From NCBI GenBank assembly GCA_012511245.1, contig JAAZGM010000134.1, forward strand, positions 2,305-66,304: 64,000 nucleotides of DNA. The letters run 5' to 3'. Shown here piece by piece: positions 55,997 to 64,000 of this stretch. The notes below the pieces were generated by a model. It was not told the DNA's origin and did not search any database. It saw only the letters and a program-made list of their open reading frames with translations. A program made the position numbers and the translations under genes. Position 1 is the first letter of the stretch; every line of letters begins with the position of its first letter. The stretch comes from Methanomicrobiales archaeon (GTDB taxonomy: Archaea; Halobacteriota; Methanomicrobia; Methanomicrobiales; Methanoculleaceae).

Positions 55997-56196
55997 GTGG
56001 CTATCCCTGAATCACTGTAATCTCTCCGGCCAGAGGAACAGTGCCGGTACTCTATGCATGAATCTGACGGAGAGCAAAATAAACGTTGCTAATCTACGGT
56101 TAACCGGAAGATCACTTGTTGCCAAACCCGCCTCAGGTGAAGAAGGTGGCTGCAGTTATACCAGGATATTTTGAGGGTGCCCCCAAAACCCCTTTG

Positions 56197-56246
56197 CCGG
56201 GGGGAAAGCCGCTCCTTCCCGATCCCTCCCCCGCGTGGCGATATCC
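56197..56246. repeat. TATCGCCA repeat family, copy C
   Basis: CGGGGGGAAAGCCGCTCCTTCCCGATCCCTCCCCCGCGTGGCGATATC matches the unit architecture at 21866 and 22044. Confidence 0.6.
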
Positions 56247-56468
56247 GATGAGAAGCCGCTTCACCCTCCTTGTCCTGGACATTGTTCTGATGGTAGATAT
56301 CTCGAAGGTGAGTGTCCTGATCCGGGTATATGGAGTGTATAGATCTTTTCGGAATGATCTCTTTGCCACCGAAAGAGGGTTTGACCATATCCATGGTAAA
56401 TGCCTTCCATGCCGCGCTTCCCCGGGGTTCCAGCAACACTTAAGTATCTCGGGATGGGGAGGAGAGGT

Positions 56469-57392
56469 ATGCCATCTGCACTCGATATCAGGATCCCTCT
56501 CGATGTGCCCGCCGGGGAGCAGGAGAGGTACCGGGAGAATTACCGGGCAATCACGCGCGATACCGGGAGACTGATGCTCTTTGCCGGGGATCAGAAGATC
56601 GAGCACCTCAATGATGACTTCTATGGCGAGGAAATCCATCCCGACGACGCCGATCCCGAACACCTCTTCCGGATCGCGAGTCAGGCGCGTATCGGGGTCT
56701 TTGCGACGCAACTCGGTATGATCGCCCGCTACGGCGGGGATTACCGGGACGTCCCCTACCTCGTCAAACTCAACTCCAAGACCAACCTGGTCAAGACCTC
56801 CCAGCGCGATCCGCTCAGTTCAGAGATCAACCTCGTCCAGCAAGCCGTCGATCTCCGCGACCGAACAGGGCTTACAATCCTCGGTGTCGGCTACACCGTC
56901 TACCTCGGGAGTGAGTACGAGCCGGTGATGCTCTATCAGGCGGCGCAGATCGTCAACCACGCGCATGCACATGGCCTTGTCACTGTATTCTGGATGTATC
57001 CCCGGGGCAAAGCAGTCAAGGATGAACGCGATCCGCACCTGGTCGCGGGCGCGGCGGGTGTTGCAGCAGCCCTCGGGAGCGATTTTGCGAAGGTGAACCC
57101 GCCGAAAGCGGACGGGAAGATCGATGCCGCGCTGCTCCGGGAGGCGGTGGCAGCCGGCGGCAGGACCGGTGTCGTCTGTGCGGGTGGATCCCACGTCGAT
57201 ATGCAGGAGTTCCTGCAGCAGCTCCACGACCAGATCCATATCGGCGGCACGGTCGGGAACGCGACAGGGAGAAACATCCACCAGCGGTCGCTCGATGAGG
57301 CTGTCCGGTTCTGCAACGCGATATCGGCGATCACCCTTGACAACGCGAGCGTTGAGGAGGCAAACAAGATCTGCACAGGAGGCAGGTATTAG
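56469..57392 (+). CDS. class I (DhnA-type) fructose-bisphosphate aldolase
   Basis: GDQKIEH, KLNSKT, YLGSE, W.YPRG, Schiff-base AKVN, GRNIHQ; GGAGAGG RBS. Confidence 0.82.
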   Translation: MPSALDIRIPLDVPAGEQERYRENYRAITRDTGRLMLFAGDQKIEHLNDDFYGEEIHPDDADPEHLFRIASQARIGVFATQLGMIARYGGDYRDVPYLVKLNSKTNLVKTSQRDPLSSEINLVQQAVDLRDRTGLTILGVGYTVYLGSEYEPVMLYQAAQIVNHAHAHGLVTVFWMYPRGKAVKDERDPHLVAGAAGVAAALGSDFAKVNPPKADGKIDAALLREAVAAGGRTGVVCAGGSHVDMQEFLQQLHDQIHIGGTVGNATGRNIHQRSLDEAVRFCNAISAITLDNASVEEANKICTGGRY

Positions 57393-57393
57393 G

Positions 57394-58428
57394 ATGACGA
57401 CGGTCGGCATACTGACGGGAGGGGGTGACTGTCCGGGCCTGAACGCGGTGATCCGGGCGGTCGTGCGGACAGGGGCGAAACACGGGTTCGACGCGATCGG
57501 GATCCGGGATGGATGGCTCGGCCTCGTCATCGGGAACGTTGAACCACTGACCGATTATTCGGTGAGCGGGATCCTCCCGCGGGGCGGGACGATCCTCGGG
57601 ACGTCGCGGACGAACCCCTTCAAGGACGAGGCGAATCTCCAGCGGCTGCGCGACAACATCAGGAAGTTCGGGATCGATGCGATCGTCGCGATCGGCGGCG
57701 AGGATACCCTCGGTGTCGCGAACAGGCTCTCGAAGATGGGCATTCCGGTTGTCGGGGTTCCAAAGACCATCGATAACGATGTCGCCGCGACCGACTACAC
57801 CTTCGGGTTCGATACCGCCGTCCAGATCGTCACTGAAGCGGTCGACCGCCTCCACACGACGGCGGAGTCGCACCACCGGATCATGGTCGTCGAGGTGATG
57901 GGACGGCATGCCGGGTGGATCGCAACCATGGCCGGGATCGCGGGCGGGGCGGACGAGATCCTGATCCCGGAGATACCGTTCGATCTCGACGAGGTTGCCC
58001 ACCACCTCCGGATGCGGTATGAGCGTGGAAAGAAGTTCAGTATCGTCGTGGTCGCTGAGGGCGCTCAACCGAAGGGACGGGCGGAGGCGATCGCGCAGTC
58101 TGCACGGGTAGATGAGTTCGGCCATGTGACCCTCGGCGGTGTCGGGAACTACGTGCGTGACGAGCTTGAGAAACTGCTCGATATGGAGGTGCGGGTGACG
58201 GTGCTCGGGCACACCCAGCGCGGCGGTTCGCCGACGGCGCACGATCGGGTGCTTGCGACCAGGTTTGGAGTGGCGGCGGCGAATCTCATCAGGGATAAGG
58301 ATTTCGGGAAGATGGTCGCGCTCCGGGGGAGCGATATCGTTGCGGTCCCGCTCGAAGAGGCGGTGGCAGACCTCAAGACGGTGGATATGGATCTCTACAA
58401 GATCGCGAGCATCTTCTATGGGGGGTGA
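57394..58428 (+). CDS. pfkA: PfkA-family 6-phosphofructokinase (group III, predicted PPi-dependent)
   Basis: TGGGDCPGLN, GGTILGTSR, GGEDT, PKTIDND, VMGRHAGW, LGH.QRGG. Confidence 0.92.
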   Translation: MTTVGILTGGGDCPGLNAVIRAVVRTGAKHGFDAIGIRDGWLGLVIGNVEPLTDYSVSGILPRGGTILGTSRTNPFKDEANLQRLRDNIRKFGIDAIVAIGGEDTLGVANRLSKMGIPVVGVPKTIDNDVAATDYTFGFDTAVQIVTEAVDRLHTTAESHHRIMVVEVMGRHAGWIATMAGIAGGADEILIPEIPFDLDEVAHHLRMRYERGKKFSIVVVAEGAQPKGRAEAIAQSARVDEFGHVTLGGVGNYVRDELEKLLDMEVRVTVLGHTQRGGSPTAHDRVLATRFGVAAANLIRDKDFGKMVALRGSDIVAVPLEEAVADLKTVDMDLYKIASIFYGG

Positions 58429-58448
58429 GCGGTTCTCCCTTCCTCTCC

Positions 58449-59531
58449 CTAACGCCGGTGCGAGTGCTGATGGTGGATATCGGGCTGGTGCGGGTGCTCG
58501 TGTGTGAGTTCGGCATGGGTGTGTACGTGAGAATGCTCCCCGGCCGCTGAGAACGGCGGGTCACTTTCTGTGTGGGTGTGATCGTGATGAAGATCATCAT
58601 GGCGGTGGCGGTGCTCATGGATGACTGCCGGATGCCGATGAGGATGTGAGTGCTCCTCGGAGGCCATCAACCAGGCGCCGACGGCCATGACAGGCAGCGC
58701 GACATAGAAGACGCTCGTCGGAAGTTCGGCAAAAAGCAGGAACGAGAAAAAAACGCCGAAGAACGGGGATATGGCAAGAAACGAACCCGCTCGGGCTGTC
58801 CCGATGCCCCGGAGGGCGAGGAGGAAGAGGATGCTCGTCAGCCCGCCGTAACAGAGGAACCCGACCACCAGGGCTGCAGCGGTAGCAGTCAGGCCCGGAA
58901 GGTGTTCCCCGGTAGCAAGCGCGATGAAGAGCACGATAGTTCCGGCACCCGTTCCCTTGATGAAGATGACCCGGAAAGGGTCCTTTGCTGAGAGCCGTTG
59001 TCCCAGGTTGTTGTCGACCGCCCAGAAGAGGCAGGTGAGCAGGATACCCAGCGCCGAAAGGGAGAGGCCGGTCCCGGCGTCTGGGCTCCAGGTGAGGAGG
59101 AGGCACGATGCGGTGATGCACCCGAGCGCAACCCAGACACGGCGGCTCACCCACTCACGAAAGACTGTTACGGCGATCAGCGTCGTTGCAACGGCCTCAA
59201 AGTTCAGGAGGAGGGCTGCCGTCGCCGCAGGTGTTCCCGGGAGGCTGTGTACCAGGGTGACCGGCGCGAGAAGCCCTCCAAAGAGCATCACGCCGATGAG
59301 CCAGGGTATATCACTCCTCCCCGGCGGCGCCTCGATCTCTCTTCTCCGGGTTCCCCTCGCTATCCCGACGAAGGAGAGGAACAGGGCGCCGAGACCGCTC
59401 CCGAGCGAGACCAGTGCAGCAAGAACGAGCGGCCCGATATCGGCGAGAAGAAGTTTCGTGAATGGAGCGCTCCCGCCGATCAGAACCGCTGTCGCCAGTG
59501 CATAGAGGACAGGCGTCCGGTAATGCGCCAG
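58449..59531 (-). CDS. EamA/DMT-family transporter with His-rich C-terminal tail (probable CTG start)
   Basis: ORF 58449..59291 extends in frame to CTG at 59531 (VLYALATAVLIGGSAPFTKLLL...); tail HSHPHRH...HEHPHQPDIHHQHSH. Confidence 0.85.
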   Translation of the reverse strand: MAHYRTPVLYALATAVLIGGSAPFTKLLLADIGPLVLAALVSLGSGLGALFLSFVGIARGTRRREIEAPPGRSDIPWLIGVMLFGGLLAPVTLVHSLPGTPAATAALLLNFEAVATTLIAVTVFREWVSRRVWVALGCITASCLLLTWSPDAGTGLSLSALGILLTCLFWAVDNNLGQRLSAKDPFRVIFIKGTGAGTIVLFIALATGEHLPGLTATAAALVVGFLCYGGLTSILFLLALRGIGTARAGSFLAISPFFGVFFSFLLFAELPTSVFYVALPVMAVGAWLMASEEHSHPHRHPAVIHEHRHRHDDLHHDHTHTESDPPFSAAGEHSHVHTHAELTHEHPHQPDIHHQHSHRR

Positions 59532-59631
59532 AGTGGATCCTTCCTGGATGGGGATGAGCTTACGCGGGTGCAGGTACGCGGCCTCCAGATAGGTAAATGG
59601 TCACGAAAAAGGAGGGACGGATTGTCCCCAA

Positions 59632-60399
59632 TTACTTCAGGTTGTGCTTCTCTTTGAGCTCTTCCCAGTAGGGATCGGCCTGCAGTTCCGCAATGGCCTC
59701 GTTCATGAACTCGAGGAGTTCGGTATCGGTCTTCCTGATGGCGACACCGAATTCTTCCCTGGTCTCGACGGAACCGATCACCTTCACCGGTTTGCCCTTG
59801 ATGATGTCTTTTATAGAGACGTCGTCGTACATGACCGCATCGACCCGGCCTGCCTCGAGGTCATTGATGGCAAGCTGCGTGTTTGCATAGGTCTTCAGGT
59901 TCTCTGCGGGCATTACTCCCTTAGCGACCAGATTCTTCTCGATCCAGCTCTCAGCGGTGCAGCCCTGCTGCGCCCCGATGACCACCTTTCCGGCAAGGAC
60001 TTCCTCAAGCGTCACATTCGAGCTCTCGCGGGCTACGACGTCCTGGTTGACAACCCAGTAGGGGTTGCTGAAGTTGACTGCTTCCTGCCGCTCAGGGGTG
60101 ATCGACATCCCTGCATAGACCATATCGATCTTTCCGGCCTGGAGCGCGGGGATGATACCGCTCCACTCCACCGGCATGAACGCCACCTCGATGCCCTTCT
60201 TCTCGGCGATCCACTTCATGGAATCAACATCAAATCCCTGGGCGTTGCCGTCCTTGTCGATGAAACTGTAGGGAGGATACGCATCATCGATGCCGACGAC
60301 GTAGTCTGGTTCGGTGGTCGTGCCGGTGCACCCGGCGCCTGCGACTGCCAGCACCGCGACGAGGCAGGCGAGCAGTGTGAGAATACCATGCGTTCGCAT
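59632..60399 (-). CDS. amino-acid ABC substrate-binding lipoprotein (family 3)
   Basis: Lipobox AGC, YPPYS, GFDVD, IT.ER...FS.PY. Confidence 0.92.
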   Translation of the reverse strand: MRTHGILTLLACLVAVLAVAGAGCTGTTTEPDYVVGIDDAYPPYSFIDKDGNAQGFDVDSMKWIAEKKGIEVAFMPVEWSGIIPALQAGKIDMVYAGMSITPERQEAVNFSNPYWVVNQDVVARESSNVTLEEVLAGKVVIGAQQGCTAESWIEKNLVAKGVMPAENLKTYANTQLAINDLEAGRVDAVMYDDVSIKDIIKGKPVKVIGSVETREEFGVAIRKTDTELLEFMNEAIAELQADPYWEELKEKHNLK

Positions 60400-60651
60400 G
60401 TGAAGGGATTAGCCGTGTAAGTAAAATTAACCTTTTGTTTTGGCCTTCAGGAAGGGCAGATTCAGCCTGCCGGCACGTATGGCACCGATTTAAGGAAGAA
60501 CGCCTGCTCTGTCGTGCAGTGCTGGGAGTCTTACCCCTCCCGGGGTCTGACGGCGATAGATATTTATGGTACAGTATCCTGCTGGACTCGCCCCTTTATG
60601 GGAGCTCGATAATGGATGGTGAGATTTATGAAAGGAGCACAGGAATCCGGC

Positions 60652-60882
60652 ATGAGTAAATTGTCTTCTGTTGCCGGGACCATACGGGAGCTCGATCCCC
60701 AGATCATTGAGGTGAGCACCTCGGGAGTGAGTTTCCCTGCATCGAAGAGCGAACTCATCGAACGCGCGAAAGGGACTGATGCACCCCAGGTCGTCATCGA
60801 TGCGCTGGACAAGTTCGAGGACCGGCAGTATATCGACCCGGAAGACATAAAGTCTGAGTTCAACAAGATCCTGAACAAGTAA
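60652..60882 (+). CDS. DUF2795-family small protein
   Basis: GVSFPASKSELIERAK..AP..VIDAL......Y. Confidence 0.7.
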   Translation: MSKLSSVAGTIRELDPQIIEVSTSGVSFPASKSELIERAKGTDAPQVVIDALDKFEDRQYIDPEDIKSEFNKILNK

Positions 60883-60988
60883 CGTCCTTTTTTCGCAGGT
60901 GCCGACTCCGGCACCTGCCGTGTTCTGCCCCCCACTGATCGAAATCATTTAAGATCGGGATAGTGATTTTTTCCAGGATCCACTCCAG

Positions 60989-61345
60989 ATGAGCGTTCTA
61001 CGGTCGCCTGTTCTCGGGAGTCCAATGCCGACCTCCTCGACGCCTACTCCCGTGCTGTCATCCAGGTCGTCGAGACCGCGGGGCACGGCGAGCAGGTGAG
61101 AGCTGGATCCGACGTGATTGTATCGCCAGAAGGCTACATCCTGACCAACAACCATGTTGCGCAGGGAGCAGGGCGGATCGAGATCCAACCGCCCTGCCCA
61201 TGCATCTGGCCGGGTTTGATCCGGCGATTGATCTTGCTTTACTCCGCGCCGGCACAACGGATATCTCCTGCGTATCGTTCGGTGATTCCGGAAAACTTGC
61301 GGTCGCCCTCACCGCGAACCGGGTGGTCAAGGTCATCTCGGTGAA
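60989..61345 (+). pseudogene. fragmented HtrA/DegP-like serine protease remnant
   Basis: Pieces in different frames: LLDAYSRAVIQVVE; GSDVIVSPEGYILTNNHV; DPAIDLALLR...FGDS.KL; no GNSGG catalytic Ser or PDZ seen. Confidence 0.7.
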
Positions 61346-61460
61346 CTGCTCAAGTCCCGCTGATCGCAGAACCCGCAACCCTTGTGGTCGTCTGGAACGG
61401 GCGGCGGATCACACTCTCTGCATGCGCCACCGCCGGGTGAGGGGGCTAGAGCGGGGGCGT

Positions 61461-62048
61461 TCAGGGAACCCATGTTATCCGGGGTTCCCGGCGCGCCAAT
61501 TTTGGTGAGAGGTGGGCAGGGTAGCCGAATATCAGCGGCGCCACGATCTGGTGGTCATCTGAAACCTTCAGCGCTGTAAGAAGATCGGGGTTCTGCTGGA
61601 CGAGAGCCGCTGAACCGATCCAGCAGCTGCCGATGTCGAGCGCCCAGGCAGCAAGCATCATATTCTCCGCGCAGAGTGCGCAGTCGAGAAAACTCGATAC
61701 GGCTTTTCTGGCACCGAGAACCAGGACCAGCACTGGAGCATTGTAGAAGATGTTGAACCCCGGGGTCTTGAGTGCCGCAAGGAACTCCTCTGTCCCTGCC
61801 CTCCTCTCCTCTTCGATACTCTCTATGAGGATAGGTTTACAGTAATCAGATATCCTCTGCATCAGACCCCGGTCTTTTATGATCACAAACTGCCAGGGCT
61901 GAAGCCCAAGAGCGGTCGGCGCCTGGATTCCTGCTGCGATGATCGCTCTCAGGGCATTGTCCGGAACGTCCCGGTCGATGTAGTTTCTGATGCTTCTGCG
62001 TTCTCGGATAACGGAGAAGATCTTGATAGGTTCAGTGTCTGCCATCAT
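61461..62048 (-). CDS. nitroreductase family protein
   Basis: RRSIRNY, APT....QPW.F, AENMMLAA..L.IGSCWIG, GYP. Confidence 0.9.
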   Translation of the reverse strand: MMADTEPIKIFSVIRERRSIRNYIDRDVPDNALRAIIAAGIQAPTALGLQPWQFVIIKDRGLMQRISDYCKPILIESIEEERRAGTEEFLAALKTPGFNIFYNAPVLVLVLGARKAVSSFLDCALCAENMMLAAWALDIGSCWIGSAALVQQNPDLLTALKVSDDHQIVAPLIFGYPAHLSPKLARREPRITWVP

Positions 62049-62277
62049 GGATCCCGGTTATGGCCTGCTGGCGGTATATATCCTGGTGCTGCAGACCAGG
62101 GCCTCGTCCTTTCAACCGGAAGCCATCCCCCCTTTTCTTTCCCGGAAACCCGAATATGCTGCTGAATTATTCTGGTGGTCAAAGAACTCCAGGTTTCCAC
62201 CCACGTTCGGATAGTAACCCTTTTTAATCTCCCCGGAACACAACCACTACAGTTACTGTATTTCGGTGTGGTGGGAT

Positions 62278-64000
62278 ATGGCAGACTCGCACCAGGATCG
62301 GGCACCCTTTGATCGTGCGGTGCTCGACGCTCTTGAGGATGGACTTCTTGTGGTAGACAGCGACCGGAAGGTCAGCTGGTACAACCCGGCCATCGCGCGG
62401 ACCCTTGGCATCCAGAAGGATGATGCCATCGGGATGGCGTCTGACTCCCTCTTCACCGCATACTTCCTGCCGATCATCGAGGATGACGATTTCGTGCAAC
62501 CTCTCCACCGCATCCTCACGAACGGTGCAGACCTTTCCTCTCTCCTCTGTCGTGTCCGGACTCCTGAAGGCGCCCGGTGTTGTCTCTTGATATCGAGCAG
62601 ACAGGCTTTCGCCGGAACGGGGTTGCGGCTCATCAAGGTCAGAGATGCTACCGCGGAGATGTATACCCATCACTTCAAGGCTGCGCTCGACCACTCTCCA
62701 GTGGTCGTCTTTGTGCAGGATGCAGATCTTCGCTACATCTGGTCATATAACCAGCAACTGGGGCCTACAGACGCGTCCATCATAGGTCTGAGTGACGAAG
62801 ATGTCTTTCCCGGGGAGGCCGAGCGTCTCGTCGCGCTCAAGCGACGGGTTCTTGAGACGGGAGAGATCGTGCGTAATACGGTGGCGTTCACCATCGCAGG
62901 TGAGCGGCGTGTCCGTGATCTGACGCTCAAACCGCTTCGGGGCGCGGAGGAGGAGATCATCGGTGTTGCCGGGATGGCCTTCGACGTGACCGAACGAATC
63001 CGGGTGGAAGAGGCGTTCCGGGAGAAAACGTACGAATTGAGGGAACGGATGGACGAACTCCGCTGCCTGTATACCATCGCGCATCTTGTCAAGACGCCCG
63101 GGATGACGCTCGATGAACTCCTGCAGGCGGTCGCCGATACCCTTCCCATGGGGTGGCAGTATCCGAACGATATCGAGGTGCGGATCACCGTCGATGGTCG
63201 GGATTACTACTGGGGTGATCCGGTGGATTCCTCCTGGAACCAGAGGAGCCCGATCGTCGTCCATGGCAAACAGGTCGGTGAGGTCGAGGTGCGATACTGT
63301 GCAGAGGTTCCGGTGGGCGATGAAGGGCCGTTCCTGCCGGAAGAGCAGATGTTGCTTGACTCCATCACGAACCAGCTCGGCCAGATCCTGGAACAATTGC
63401 AGGTGGAAGCGGCATTTGAGGAGAGCGAGGAAAAATTCCGGGGGATTGCCCAGCGGAGTTTTGACCTTATCGTCACATCATACCTGAATGGTGGGTTGAA
63501 CTACATATCGCCAGCGATGGAGCGGATACTCGGGTACACCCCTGAAGAGATGGTAGGCACTGATTGGGAGGACTATATCCTCCCGACAAGCCTTCTGGTC
63601 TGGAAAGAAGGGCGGCGGAGGGTTCTCCGGGGTGAGCAGGTCGAGAGACTCCAGATTGAGGTCCGGCGAAAGAATGGGGAGACCGCCATACTGGAACTGA
63701 ACGAATCGCCGATCGTCGAGCGAAAGACGATCGTAGGATACCAGGTGATCGGCAGGGATATCTCAGAACGAGTCCTGCACGAACGACTCCGGGAGCAGGC
63801 GTTCGATATGACCGAGCGGAATATCGCCCAGTTCGCCGTTCTTGCCGACCACGTCCGCCACCCGCTCCAGGTGATCATGGGGGTTGCGGATCTCCTCGAC
63901 GATGAAACAATCGCGGAAAAACTCCGTGAACAGGTCAGGCGGGTCAATATGCAGATCAGTGAACTCGACCAGGAGTGGATTGAGTCCCGGAAAATCCGCG
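62278..64000 (+). CDS. multi-PAS signalling protein with C-terminal HisKA-like helix pair (runs off window end)
   Basis: Manual translation from ATG 62278: three PAS/PAC-like regions (YNPA, DADLRYIW, YISPAMERILGY), ERMDELRCLY GAF-like segment, C-terminal NIAQFAVLADHVRHPLQ...ELDQEWIES. Confidence 0.85.
   Translation, partial: MADSHQDRAPFDRAVLDALEDGLLVVDSDRKVSWYNPAIARTLGIQKDDAIGMASDSLFTAYFLPIIEDDDFVQPLHRILTNGADLSSLLCRVRTPEGARCCLLISSRQAFAGTGLRLIKVRDATAEMYTHHFKAALDHSPVVVFVQDADLRYIWSYNQQLGPTDASIIGLSDEDVFPGEAERLVALKRRVLETGEIVRNTVAFTIAGERRVRDLTLKPLRGAEEEIIGVAGMAFDVTERIRVEEAFREKTYELRERMDELRCLYTIAHLVKTPGMTLDELLQAVADTLPMGWQYPNDIEVRITVDGRDYYWGDPVDSSWNQRSPIVVHGKQVGEVEVRYCAEVPVGDEGPFLPEEQMLLDSITNQLGQILEQLQVEAAFEESEEKFRGIAQRSFDLIVTSYLNGGLNYISPAMERILGYTPEEMVGTDWEDYILPTSLLVWKEGRRRVLRGEQVERLQIEVRRKNGETAILELNESPIVERKTIVGYQVIGRDISERVLHERLREQAFDMTERNIAQFAVLADHVRHPLQVIMGVADLLDDETIAEKLREQVRRVNMQISELDQEWIESRKIR

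Noticed and set aside
57124-57393. Long N-terminal extension of PfkA in the ORF track
   Set aside because: Overlaps the aldolase; conserved PfkA sequence starts at ATG 57394

Overview
GC-rich archaeal chromosome segment from a hydrogenotrophic methanogen of the Methanomicrobiales, most likely Methanoculleus. This is inferred from TBP, TFS, Hef, ArtA, F420-type FdhAB, methanofuran genes mfnD/mfnF and bacterial-type gyrase. It is mostly housekeeping: recQ, nadE, glyS, hef, gyrBA, a Ni/Co ECF transporter, geranylgeranyl reductase, pth2-truD, acs, tbp, rpiA-surE, fdhAB, an amino-acid ABC transporter and fba-pfkA. I recognised no rRNA, tRNA, CRISPR array or intact transposase. Most notable signals: (1) a dispersed family of GC-rich multi-hairpin intergenic repeats built around TATCGCCA/TGGCGATA (REP/MITE-like); (2) an unannotated membrane/Zn-ribbon gene overlapping antisense by 189 bp with a transposase-like Zn-finger/HTH gene divergent from fdhAB; (3) three genes that appear to need a CTG start; (4) a His kinase with its phospho-His replaced by Asn, plus a PAS protein with an H-box but apparently no ATPase; (5) a predicted PPi-type PfkA/aldolase cassette splitting an ABC operon; (6) a perfect 26-bp palindrome at the acs promoter; (7) several decayed gene remnants. 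All family calls come from motif recognition, not database searches.
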